Of a stretch of 64,000 nucleotides of DNA, positions 40,489-53,661 are shown one piece after another. Numbering within the stretch: position 1 is the first letter of the stretch; the number at the start of each line of letters is the position of its first letter. Origin of the DNA: Mytilus trossulus (Eukaryota); NCBI RefSeq assembly GCF_036588685.1, contig NC_086379.1:53630001-53694000 (forward strand). Reading direction: 5' to 3'. The position numbers and the translations under genes were made by a program. A model generated the notes under the pieces. That model had not been told where the DNA came from. It ran no database searches and saw only the letters and a program-made list of their open reading frames with translations.

Positions 40489-40586
40489 ATATCAACGATA
40501 TAAGGATTCACCCGAAACGTGGCAAAAGCTTCGCAGAGCCTCGCATTTCCCTGTTTATCGGCCTCATCCTTATATTATTGAAATAT
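40489..40586. repeat. Degenerate long-hairpin element D
   Basis: atatcaacgatataaggat...ccga pairs with tcgg...atccttatattattgaaatat around a GC-rich centre, gcttcgcagagcctcgc. Confidence 0.55.
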
Positions 40587-43500
40587 ACAAATATCCAAGT
40601 TAGAACTCAATGTACATGAAGTCACAAATGAATGATTACACTATGCTTTCAATTATATAAAATACATGACAAGACATATAAATTGTTACAAAATAATGTT
40701 GTTTTGTAATTATCAGACAACATGGATTGTCTTAATTATTTGAAAATTACATTTGCAGTTATCAAAAGAATATGTCATAATTTTCCCGAGGAGAAATGAT
40801 TCGTACCAAGTAATCAATAAAAAGGTCAAACATTTGCCATAGAAAGTAAATTGTGTTTTACTGATGAAGAAGATATAGTCAATGCAATTTTTCTACTTAA
40901 TCATGTTTTCAGTTTAGTTTATTGTATTGTAATAAACTTCATGACCAGATAATGATTACTTTTAAAATTACATGATGTCTACATGCGTGCAAAAATGCAT
41001 TTGAAGTTAACAAGGCATTTTATAGTTAATCTAAAAGAAAAGTGTTTTGTTTGTCGCATTTTAAATTGCTAATTTATTGCAGTACTTCTTCTTTATGATT
41101 TGGTTTATTTTGACGCCAGCAGATCGGCTATTCATACAAAAATCTAAGTTTAAAATACCGAATCAACTCTCTGTACTCTATATGAGTGTTTATTTTAAAC
41201 GTTCACTTATAAATTAATAGTAGATTTATGCTCAATTTGTTATGTATTTTTATCACCGTTTTTATTGAATATGATTTGTTCACTATTTACATGTTTAAAG
41301 TGCATTTTTTTCCCCTGACATTTTGACATTGACTGTTGTTATACGTCACGCCAGAGGAGGTGGTATAAAAAGAGCGATTACCTGGGACCTAAAAATTAAT
41401 AGATAATATTAGGTTGCTTCAAAAAAAATATATAGAATTAAAATTTAATATTTTTTCTCAAACATTTCCGCATTTAAAATAGAGTAATAAAGTTACAAAA
41501 AGATAGAAATAAAGATATTAAAATGAAATTATGATAAAAACATGATATCAACAGACAGCAAAGCAAAATATAATAAATATTAATTCATTAGGTCGAAACT
41601 TATTAGATACTATGCCTATGATTTAAGTATGTCAAACACGCGTTTCAACTATCACAAATTGGGTGTTCGAAGCTTACAAGTAAACTTTTAATGTTTTCTT
41701 GGTAGGAAGGAATATAAAGATAGTTGATAAATAATTAATGAAAAAAAAAATCAAAATTGTGATTTTCTGAAAGACAATGAGTCTATGTTCGAATGTATTA
41801 TTCAAACCAGTCAATTATACAAATGGTACTTTGAGATCTGAAGTTAGTTCAATGATTTAATGTGAGAAAAACGGCATTTAAAATTCGATTTTCATTAAGT
41901 CTTAATGGATAATTTCTGATACCTAATTGAAAACTCTGAAAATGACTGTTTATAAAGGTAATAGACTGAGAATGTTTAAGAAATTTTATAATTAAATGAA
42001 AATTTGGTTTTCGAGAACGCTTTTGGCATCAAATGGCCAAGTTATCTGATGACACTAAAATGAAAAGCTATAGAAAAGTGCTTTTGTTCTTTTTATGTGA
42101 AAGTATCAGTAACCTTCAGCATTGATCATAATTTCAAACCTTTTCACACTATGTAATACAAAATGAGAAAAATCTTCAATACATACTATTGGCAACCCAT
42201 TTAATCGCTAAATACACCTTCAAATTGTTTAAGGATTATTAATGTATGTTGTAGCTCAATATAGCGGTTTGTCATTCTCCCCTTAAACACCTGTTTGGTA
42301 AATTTTGAAGGAAGGACCAACAATAGCACAATACGTATATGGTACATGTATATTGTCAAATATAAACCGCTCGACACAAGGTGAAAATCATTATCTGTTA
42401 ATGAACGAGCAAGCATAAGCCCTGCGCTCACTCGACAAAAGTTTACATTTTGTAAACATCAAAGTTGTGACTGATGGTTAACGACAGAAATGTGTAGAAA
42501 ACCCAACAATCTAAGATACCAACTTGCACCCTTTCACAGGTAAGATCTGCCTTAAACATCATACTATCTTATTTCGTGTCGGTTAGTTTTTACTATTCTA
42601 CAGGCACCTTTTACTTTACTGCAATTTCTTCTTGAGTGTACACAAGTCATTTCGTATTCGATACATTGAAAAAACTAAAATCACAAAAGTACTGAACTCC
42701 GAGGAAAATTGGAAAAGGAAAGTCCCTAATCAAATGTCTAAATTAATACTCGAACGAATGGATAACAACTGTCATATTCCTAGCTTTTTCTTATTGCAAT
42801 CATATACATGTATCATCTGATACTATTTAATGTAAAAAAAATAACAACATTTATTGCAACTTTCAAATATTTAACATTTATTTTCAAGTTATATTATTGC
42901 AATGAGTTTTAAAACATTTCGCATGAAATTCAATTGACATACAATGTACATAACTAAATACATCTTGTTAATAAATGATTTTATTATATAATATAACCGT
43001 CTCTGTTGTACCCGATGATCTCATATATCAGAGGTTAATTGTAAAGACATGTTCTTACATTTACATTAAATACAATGTATATAGAAAATTGCAACATCTT
43101 CCTCTCTTTCAGTATGCACAAAGTGAAAACATTCAAGTGTTAATTGTGTTTTACAAATTGCTTTAGTTTTAACAGATCGATCAAGATATTTGGCCTTGTT
43201 ATATTTTGTTTCAGACTTGATTTACGAAAATACTCGGTTAGTTCAAAGTGTTTTAAGTTAAAAGTTCAGGAAACTTACAGTTATTTTGTAAAATGAGACT
43301 TCCGCTTTTATTTCTATTTGTACCTTATTTGTCATTAGTTTTTGAGTGGTCAATGGTCTAGATAACTATTAATTCCCTATTTTCAGTACTTAAAAGCAAG
43401 AAAAACATGACATACATTAATGATCAATAATAGCATGATCAGTGAAAGAAAAACATCACGAATAATGTAAAAGGTTACGAACATAAAATGCTTGTCAAAG

Positions 43501-45994
43501 ACTAATGAAGCAAACATGACGAATTTATAATAATCTGCGAAGTTTTCTAGATCACTGTTGTTTGTTAACAAGGAATAATGTATAGCAATAGAAATATAAA
43601 AGAAAAAAATTGAAGTCACGTTATGCAAGTTATTATTTGTAATGTCTGTACTTAAAAAGAGCAAACTGAACAGGATAAAAAAAAAGATTTCCACGTTTTC
43701 ATGTCATTTTCAATTCAAAAACAATTATCAATAAAATAGTAATCATACCACATCTTCGTATTTTATGAATATAACAAACAGGTACAAAACAGACCTATAT
43801 GTATCAAGTCAGTCACCAACCACGTAGATCTGTTTTGGGATTCTTTTGTAGATTGTAGACATCCTTGAATTATTTGTTGAATTGTGGAAAGATCATTTGC
43901 AATTACAGTGTTCTCGTACTGTATATGTAAACTTTGTATAAACTATGCCATTGACAGTTTTCATCATTGTAACACAATTGTCATTGACCGTTATACTAGA
44001 GTCAAGGACAGCAGTGCTTCACACATAAGCCAATGTTTTTTCTTTTACTTTTTTATTCGATAAAAAGACCAATTGTTTTTATGTTGTTAACACACGAACA
44101 CAACAAATAAAAAAATGTTTATCGCCAGACTAAACCCACGTAGAATTTTTTAAGACTTATTATCTTATTTTTTACATTATTATAATTACGAGATTATATA
44201 AGAAATTAAAGAAAACCTTGAAGTACAAATGTATATTTTAGAAAAGCTCTCCCTTGATACTAGGGTCGTCCACCGTTCTGTCAAAAGCGGTGCGTCAACA
44301 AATATTATAACTCAGGAAACAGAGTTAAAATAAGACATGAAGTTGAAATAAGAATTATAATTACTTATCTCACAATTTTTTGCATTAAACGTTGTGATAT
44401 TAGATACCGTTTACACTGGCTAAAAGGATCGATCCTTCATGATATCTTCCAACGGACTATCGTCTCTTGCTAAAATACAGGATTTTAAGAACTATAAACA
44501 GTTAACAGGGTATAAACAGGAGGGGTGGAGATATTCATATAAACTTTGTTAGGTCTTTGTTTAATCAATTATTAACCTTTATTTTATTACACAAACGACT
44601 GTGAGTTTTGAAAGCGCTCATAGCACAAATTTAACCAGCAACTTTTATATAATGGATGCATTTACAGGTTTCAACCTAGTTTCACAAAAAGGGCTGATTT
44701 CGAAAAATTCATTGAAATATTTAAAAGCAATTTAGCCATTTCTATTATATACTTTTATTGAAAAGACCAATTAGATCGACCAATCGTCTGGAATCGAACG
44801 TCAAAAAGCATAACCAAAAATTCATTGCATAAAAAAATTACAGATTATTTTATGCAATGAATTGATTATCATTTATTAACACTAACAAGGCAATAACGTT
44901 TAAGAAATTGAGAGGAGTGCAACTCAAGTTAATTGTATCTCTTGACTGCTTATATATAGTTATATCATTGTCTCCATTGCTCAACTTTATGGATTCTTAA
45001 CCCAACTATGAATATTTTAGATTTTTATCACAAAATCGGTCAAAATTTGTAAATATGATACTAACTTTGTGCACTTACATACAAATATGTTTTAATATTT
45101 ATTACGCAATTCCTTTAAATGGAGAACAGGCTTGCTGATATTAAACACCCTTTCTTGTTTTGGAAGATTATCTTGAATAAACCACTCTGTACCGATGTCT
45201 CTAAAGATCATTTGATTATATATATGTTGTCATAAATTGAGCGTATTAAAGCTTCAATTTCGATAAATCCATATTTTCCACAAACAAAAGTAATAATTTC
45301 CTCAAGAAGTGTTTTTGCACGAAATTAAAGGTTATGTATTTTTTGTTAAAATTTCCTTTCAATAGTTACAGTACTTTTTTAGTATTTAGTTTGTGGTGTC
45401 TGAAACACTGTAAAATTAAACACATTTCTATAAACGTAAGTTTGTCTTTGAATAGGCAATTCAACATATTCTAGCCAGTCAAACATCATATAGTTTAATC
45501 CACAAGGGATGTGCGTTATCAGTAGCTTCTCTTTAAAATAATAAATCTCGTTAAAACTCGCTGTTTATCATCCTTTATCTTATTGTAATGCCGTAAATAG
45601 AACCAAGAAAAACGCATATATTTAAACTCATGTAAGTTCTTACATCTTCAATACCAAATATAAAAAAGAAGGTGTGGTATGATTGCCAATGAGACAACTA
45701 TCCACAAAAGACCAAAATTACACTAACATTAAAACTATAGACTAGGCTAATAATAACAATTCTAACTTATCCATTCAACTTATTTCTTTGTTCCGTTAAT
45801 CTGGCAATATAAAGTATACTAATATTTCATAACCACTGTACGTTTTTTTACTTAATATTTATTATAATAATTAGTGTTACCTGTATCATGTGCATATTGA
45901 AGACATTTGCTTTTGTTTTTGTGAGTCAGTAATCAATCAACAGTTACAGCTACAGTGTATATCACTTCTAACCTCCAATCAAATCTGTCAGCAT

Positions 45995-46275
45995 CTGTCA
46001 GGAGAACTGTTCTAGGGCAGTATGTAGAACTGTCATCCTGACACCTTTTAGAAAGTTCTAGATAGAGCAGTTCCAATCTAGAACTGATTTGGTCAGTTCT
46101 ACCTAGAACTGATTATGACAGTTCTACCTAAAACTTATCCTGATAGTTCTACCCGTGAACAGTGTAGACAGTTCTACGACAAGAACACTTCTAGATTAGA
46201 ACTGATGTGGTCAGTTCAACGGCTAGAAATAATTAAGTGTAGAAAGTTCTCCATAGAACAGTTTAATGAACTCCT
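45995..46275. repeat. Degenerate array of cagttct/agaactg motifs in alternating orientation (MITE-interior-like)
   Basis: More than ten occurrences of agaactg or (c)agttct within 280 bp. Confidence 0.6.
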
Positions 46276-46284
46276 TCTATTAAA

Positions 46285-46546
46285 TATGAATAATTTAATG
46301 GATGTAACGCGTCTTCTGATTGGCTGACGTTATTTGTTATAAGCCCATAGTCATAATTTAGTAATTCTTTTGGCTTATTTAAGGAATGACTAATATTTGT
46401 TTCTGTCTATTCGAAATAACATAAAAAATATGGTGCACACTGTTAAATAACCCTCTACGCGCGTTATTCAGTGTGCAACAATTTTTTTATGTTATTTCTT
46501 CATAGACAGAAAAATATTAGTCATTCCTTAAATAAGTCAAAAGAAT
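46285..46546. repeat. Long-hairpin element C
   Basis: ~183-nt hairpin at 46364-46546 (attcttttggcttatttaaggaatgactaatattt.../...aaatattagtcattccttaaataagtcaaaagaat), preceded by ctgattggctg. Confidence 0.85.
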
Positions 46547-46714
46547 ATAAAATACATTAAAAACTTCTCATCACAGAACTGTTTTCACATTTCACGTTAC
46601 GGAAAATGTCAATAACCGTTTCCTCGGTCACTTTGATAGGGAATTTTTTTTTACGATCGATGTCGATGGAGGAGAATGGCAACACAAATAATTTAATGAA
46701 ATATTTGTACTTAC

Positions 46715-46742
46715 AGGTAAAGAAAATACTAAACTTCATCAT
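46715..46742 (-). CDS. Candidate first coding exon (MMKFSIFFT-, signal-peptide-like start, phase-1 intron)
   Basis: atgatgaagtttagtattttctttacct|GTAAGT, a perfect donor downstream of the TATA/Inr pair. No downstream exon could be assigned. Confidence 0.3.
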
Positions 46743-46802
46743 TTAGAGTTTATAATTTACGTGTGGCTTTATCAAAGATAATAATAACACTGAATGGTGA
46801 CC

Positions 46803-46836
46803 ACTGAGGTGCCATAGAACTTTTTTTTTATTTATA
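46803..46836 (-). promoter_or_regulatory. Candidate Pol II core promoter (TATA at -31 plus TCAGT initiator)
   Basis: Minus-strand TATAAA starts at 46836 and TCAGT has its +1 A at 46805, which is canonical spacing. An ATG follows 63 nt downstream. Confidence 0.4.
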
Positions 46837-48863
46837 AGAATAGCAAATTATTCCACACTTCCGTGCCATATTCAAACATTGACCTAATAAAAATTGGTAT
46901 AGCGTTTCGAAACTGTTTCTATTTAGTCGATATTTAAGTTTACGAAACATTTCAGTATTTCTTTACACTTGTAATAATACTTTCAATAGGAACTTTCCAA
47001 TTTGCCTCACTAACGAAAATTAGTCTTTCTCCTTGTGTAAGAGGCACAAACCCTTGACAAACTACGTTCAAGAATCTAAATATTCATTAACCAATCAGAG
47101 TAACAGAATGTTACCTTTCCTTGTAAATACATACTAATCATAAAACAATAAAAACAGCAACAGGGAGCCTGTTTTGTTGGATTTTAAAAATCGTGAGGTT
47201 ATCAAATATTCGAGCCAATTCTGAACTTATTGACACCTGTATCTTAATTTCGACCGATTTATCACAGAATGTAGAACAAAAGCTTTAAAACCTAATGTCA
47301 TATTGATCAGCTTGTTAGACAAGATAGCCACGTTTAAACTGACATCGCACTAGAATAATCAATTGTCCAATTACATAAGCGTAAATTACTTTTCTTAAAT
47401 TTGGAAACTTTGACAAAACGGAAATTGAAAGTCGTTCCATTCAAATAGAAGGAAGTTTGTGTTTGCTTATTCAACTCGACCAAACCTTTGATTAATGAAG
47501 AACTCCATCGATACCAAACAGTCGGGTCGTAATTAAATTGGATTTAAATGATTTCATTAACAACTCCGAAAATTTTATGGTAGTGTTTAGAGTACGCGCT
47601 TTTGAAATTATTCTATACGATTGCAATCCTTTCTTGTAAACTGAAAAGAACAACCGTTATCAAAATGATTTCAGTCGAGATAAACTTTTCTAAACGACAA
47701 TAAAACTGTACGTAAAGTTAATGTGATCCTTAATTAAGGGCCATTGTCCAGATTACAAACAGCCATTGGTATATGAATGTTGTTTGATGCCGGCATTGAG
47801 AAATGGTTGATACTGACAAGCAGCTATAGTGCGTGGTGATGTTCGATATAACAAGTGCTTACTTTATTTAATTTGGTCCTTATAATGTAATAAATCACAA
47901 CGAATAATATTGCGTACAATGTGAACGTCCTAAGATAGATTAATATCGTAGTTGTAAAAATATTCAATTTGATTTTTTTTAATTATGTACAATTTGAATG
48001 AATTAGCAAATATTTAAACCATAAAAAAAGGTATGGAGAAATAGACATCACAAGGCGACGTAACATCATTATTAATTAAAAAAATAGACAAACAAAACGA
48101 ACGAAAAAAGCATAACACTTTAAAAAGACTAAAAGTATCGAGTAATCTCGGTTTGTAGTAGTGTGACACACTTGTTTTAATAAACATGATGAAGGTGTCA
48201 ACGAGGTAGATACACGATCAAAAATTCTGCAAGGGCTGAGGATTACTAATAAGAAAATAATCAAATGAAGGTAATGATATTGTTAGAAAAGATAACGACA
48301 TTGAACACCAAATGTCAAAGCAGAGCGATAGAGATAAACGTAGTGAACCAGATTGGAGAGAGAGTATACTGTACTACCTGCCTCATTTTTATTTATTCTT
48401 CCGACTGAAGATTGATTAAAATTGAAACTAGACCCATTCTTTTAATGAAGACATATTTTCAAAATCAGGACAGATATTCTGATTTAAAGAGTTTAATTTT
48501 ATTCTAGCTTGTTCTCCTCTTATAGTTGATGAGTTCCCCTCGGTTTTAGTTTGTTACCCAGTTTGTTTTCTCTCAATCGATTAACTTTTGAACAGCGGTA
48601 TACTAATGTTACCTTTATTGTGAACTGCTCTTCTCCGACATAAGGGTTGGCGAAAATTGACAGAGAATTCAGTCTCCTTTTTTGGCAAAACAAAGTGCAC
48701 TTTTGACAACAGCTTGTCAATTGTGTTTACCTACAGAGAGAACCGTTAGGTATAGATCAAACTGTAGCTGTTAATGTAGATATAACGATATGTTCCAATC
48801 AATTTTTAAAACTGGCGCATAGGTGCTAAAAAAACTGAATACAACACGTCTAATAATTTCAAC

Positions 48864-48905
48864 GCGTCCGAAGCTCTTTTCTGGATTTACCTTCATCATG
48901 AACGC
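48864..48905 (-). ncRNA. Near-intact minimal type I hammerhead ribozyme motif (probably inactive)
   Basis: The minus strand reads GCGUUC-AUGAUGA-AGGUAAAUCCA-GAAA-AGAGCU-UC-GGACGC. Stem I pairs fully (one G-U), stem II is GG/CC, followed by GAAA, a near-palindromic stem III and a UC cleavage site. The core C3 is replaced by A. It lies in a ~250-bp repeat (48823-49075) distantly similar to the 30755-31097 family. Confidence 0.65.
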
Positions 48906-50356
48906 TCAAAGTCAAACATTTGAAATCCAAGGACCGACACCGTTGATGAGCCATATGACAAAAATACCTAAAATTGATAGCCAAATTCATCCTAATGTCA
49001 AATTTACCTGAGGGAGTTGAAACCTTAGTTTCTTAATAATTTCAAAATGTATTAACAGTAATTTAAAATACAACATATAAAAGAAAATAGAACCAACTAG
49101 AGACGAATAAATAATAAAAAAAAGCAATCAAATAGGAATTGTAGAGATGGTAAGTTGTTGTATTTTAAAGACTATGAAAAACCAAAAGAAGCAATTTTGA
49201 TCTGCTTTAGTTATCTGGGATATACACAAAATAATATTTCTGAAAATTTGACATTATTCACAATTTAGAGTGATAGATTATTTCTACTAACAGTACTTGT
49301 TTTTGAAACTTATAATTGAAAAGAACGATTATTCCATAAGATAACAAATGACAAATAATGTTTACACCCAATTATATAAAATGAAATGTAATCAAGGATA
49401 TTTGATTTGGTCTTGTTATCTGTACATTGGTACATCAATAATGGAATATGTTTCGGCAAAATAATTTCATAATACCATTAATTTTACTAATCTTCATATC
49501 ATTTTTACTACTTGAACGTCATACTAGTATAATGCCGAATAGACATTTTGTAGTTTTTGCAACGCCTTCGAAAATGTATGCTCATATGGTTTATCGAAGC
49601 AATAGTTCATATATATTTTAACTATAGAATTGTTTGAAACAGTACAGAATTAAGTAATACACAGACAATACTGAAAGTATACAAAACCGCTTTAATAAAT
49701 AGTACATATATGTATATTTATTATAGTATACCTGTTATTATTATGACTATTTATGTTGAAATTTGATTTAGGGATAACTACGTTATAAAACAGTTTCTGA
49801 AAAAAGTTTGAAATCCTTGTGATGATCGTTAGTGATAACGTATTACCAATATATATCACATGACCCTTCCCAATATATAAAACACAACAAACAGGCATCT
49901 ATTTTTTGGGCAACATGTAGCATTAAACTGTCAATTTGATCAAAAGTGCGACATTTCTATATATGACACCGCATTCCACTATGGACTAGGCCTTTTAACA
50001 AAAGGCGTTTGTTAAAAATAGATTTTACAAGTAACTGTCGAACTTTATATAAGAACAAAACATGACCGTTACAATTGTAAATCAATGTTTCTACATGAAT
50101 TACGACGTATTGACTATTATATGCTAAAAGTTCAATGGGTAATTTTTCATGCAAATTCCAGACAAGAACAAATTTACAATAAATCAGCATTTCCTGTTTT
50201 TTTTATCAGAAATTGTATTTTTCTCATAAGCCGAGAAACCATGCCGAAAACTTAAGTGAGATAAAATAGGATCAATAATATAAGACGTAACGTAGTGTGA
50301 CATAGTCATATCATTAGAGATATCTTTTTTTCATTTGTTTTCAGCAAACTATATCA

Positions 50357-50590
50357 AAGGGATTTTCAAGCTCATAAGTCGTAAACTAACTGCCAATGCC
50401 TTGACAAAAAATATGTTTTTAATATATTATGTCCCCTCCAACTTTCTGTAGTACTTGAGATCACCCGATGTTTAGTTGGTTTCTTGTGGCTAAGACTTTA
50501 TTTGTCTATGTTGTGTTCACATACTGTTGTTTTTTCATTTTGTTTCATTTCTTGCTATAGCGTTTTAAGAGTATTTTTGACTTCTGAGTC
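50357..50590. repeat. Two degenerate Penelope-like 3' ends in opposite orientation
   Basis: 50357-50410 resembles the - strand tail (aaaggga..tcaagctcataagtcg..aactgccaatgcc). 50440-50590 resembles the + strand UTR (gtacttgagatcacccg...tctatgttgtgtt...gctatagcgtt). Confidence 0.5.
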
Positions 50591-51634
50591 GAGTTTACGT
50601 CATCCTAAACCTTTTTAATAGTTTGATTCAAATTTGTAAAGTATTATCCACGGTTTTCTTAACATTTTCTTTCTCAATGGGATATGGGAAAATATTTACG
50701 CTAATTTTAAACGAAAAACACCCTGAAACAATATCAACAAAGGATGTTGTCATTTTCCAACATTTTTTTACTTTGTATTTTTTTATTCTTGAGCATAGAA
50801 ACGTCAAATCATCAGTTAATGCTGTAGGGTATAAACAAAAGGAAAACATGTTTACGTGATCCTAATGAGTCAAGAACACATTCATAAAAAACTTTAATTG
50901 AAAGCACTTTTACGCTGATTAAAAAGATAAAGATAATGCATTACATTTATTTCTCAAAATAATTTTATCAATGTGTATCAAGTAGATAAAGGGTGTTTGT
51001 TTGAAACGCAGTCTGAAATTCCGACCTACCTACTCGAATCCTCTTGGAGGCTTTGTTCATTAAAAAAAAATGAGACAAAAATACAAAACAATACCATAAT
51101 TTAATGACGCATTTTTAACTTACTTTGTTTATCTGAAGTTTTTAGTATTTTTGTATTCAATAGATCATGTGACTTAGATCTTTGAATAATGGTAAAAATT
51201 GCAAAAGGACAGACATTCATTCTTGTATTAAATGAAGAAAGTGCTATTTACAGTTTTACAGAGGCGGCATTCACGAATTTCGTATAGTGTTTTTAGTTTG
51301 GATTCTAAATGACAAAAAGTAAATCACAAAAAATACTGAACTTAGAGGAAAATCAATTCGGAAAGTCCATAATCACATTGCAAAATCAAATAACAAAACG
51401 CATCAAAAACGAATGGACAAGAACTGACATATTCCTGACTTGGTACAGGCATTTTTAAATGTAGAAAATGCTAACCCTCTCACTTTAATGACAGTCTCAT
51501 CAAATTCCGTTATATTTACATTGATGCGTTAAATAAAACTAAATCATTGTTCAAATTATACCTTTGATAGCATTTAATTTGTCCTCCATGCATAACACTT
51601 CTCCATTCAGCTGATATTTGTTCAAACTAAGAAC

Positions 51635-53305
51635 TTTTTATAATATATGTTTTTTCGCATAAAATATATGTTTAGTGGTAAAAATTGTAGGAATCATGTG
51701 TAACAACACAAATCTGATCGTCAGCAAAGTACATACATGTATGTAATAAAAATGGTAGAGAACCAACCATGAATCGTCCTATTTTTTTATATAGATTAAC
51801 TTGATTTTTTTGATTTTTTTTTAAATTCAATCAAGACATTTGAATTTTTGACAGGCATTTATATAAAAAAAATGTTATGTACGACTGTTACACCGTTACC
51901 AACAAAGTATATCAATCTAAGCTCGTAAAAGCTCAAACATAGCAGTTTGTTTCGCGCGGGAGTTTGTAGTTAAACGGTTGAGTATGTTATACCCCATAAG
52001 GAGTATCCATACCATTAATATAACAATATCAGCGGATTCGTTATAAAATATGATCTTTTTCAATTATTTTGAAAAAACTGTTCAGCCTTATTTGGCATTC
52101 TGTTCTTATCGACATTTTGGTCTTATCTTCAACCATGCTCCAGTAATGATTGCCAAAACAGCATGATGTCGATTTCCGATCGCATCAAGTATGCTCTAGA
52201 CCAAACTATAATGTCGATTTCTAGATGTTAGTCATGATATGAAATAGACATAACTTTATTTGTGATATTTACTTGAAGTTCATAAATAAACTCGGAAACA
52301 AAAGAGATTTTTTAATTTTTTTAATTTTTGGAATCTTCATTTTTATTTAGCAGCGAATAAATGTAGATTATATCTGTCTGATATTCCTGACTATGTGTTT
52401 TCCTCAGTATTTAATTTTGGAAGGAATGATCCTTAAAATAAAGCTACCGAATCAAATATGCTACATGGTATTTTTATAATATATGTTTTTTCGCATAAAA
52501 TATATGTTTAGTGGTAAAAATTGTAGGAATCATGTGTAACAACACAATTCTGATCGTCAGCAAAGTACATACATGTATGTAATAAAAATGGTAGAGAACC
52601 AACCTTGAATCGTCCTAATTTTTTTTATATAGATTAACTTGATTTTTTTGATTTTTTTTTAAATTCAATCAAGACATTTGAATTTTTGACAGGCATTTAT
52701 ATAAAAAATGTTATGTACGACTGTTACACCGTTACCAACAAAGTATATCAATCTAAGCTCGGAAAAGCTCAAACATAGCAGTTTGTTTCGCGCGGGAGTT
52801 TGTAGTTAAACGGTTGAGTATGTTATACCCCATAAGGAGTATCCATACCATTAATATAACAATATCAGCGGATTCGTAATAAAATATGATCTTTTTCAAT
52901 TATTTTGAAAAACTGTTCAGCCTTATTTGGCATTCTGTTCTTATCGACATTTTGGTCTTATCTTCAACCATGCTCCAGTAATGATTGCCAAAACAGCATG
53001 ATGTCGATTTCCGATCGCATCAAGTATGCTCTAGACCAAACTATAATGTCGATTTCTAGATGTTAGTCATGATATGAAATAGACATAACTTTATTTGTGA
53101 TATTTACTTGAAGTTCATAAATAAACTCGGAAACAAAAGAGATTTTTTAATTTTTTTAATTTTTGGAATCTTCATTTTTATTTAGCAGCGAATAAATGTA
53201 GATTATATCTGTCTGATATTCCTGACTGTGTGTTTTCCTCAGTATTTAATTTTGGAAGGAATGATCCTTAAAATAAAGCTACCGAATCAAATATGCTACA
53301 TGGTA
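51635..53305. repeat. Recent head-to-tail duplication of an ~835-bp unit (51635-52470 and 52471-53305)
   Basis: The copies are identical apart from about 5-6 substitutions and homopolymer length differences. Confidence 0.97.
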
Positions 53306-53661
53306 AATTTAAAGCCATGTATTTGACCATTGTACAGACGCCATCATGACTTGAGTTACGGAAAGTACTCATAATGCTACGGCTGTGTTTAATTTGTTTT
53401 AGCCTGTCGATGAATCAGTTATCCCTTGTGGTGTTTTATTCTTTGGTCAACGCGACAGCTTGATTTTTCTTCCTTAAAGCTAACAAAAATCTTTAAAATT
53501 TGTGTCAATATAGAACTTCATCCTCTTGAGACAACAGAAAGTGCACCATCTGCAAACACAAACGTAGACACTTTGTATCCTTTTATAAATGTGTCGTAAA
53601 TTATAAGACAGAACTTGCGTTCTATGACGTGTTTAAATATAATATCTCAGTAATTGTCTTA

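Noticed and set aside
41341-41400. Promoter (acgtca plus tataaaa)
   Set aside because: No initiator at the expected distance and no downstream exon evidence.
43383-43694. 103-aa hydrophobic ORF as a multi-pass membrane protein
   Set aside because: Non-ATG start, F/L/I bias expected from a T-rich strand, and no family motif.
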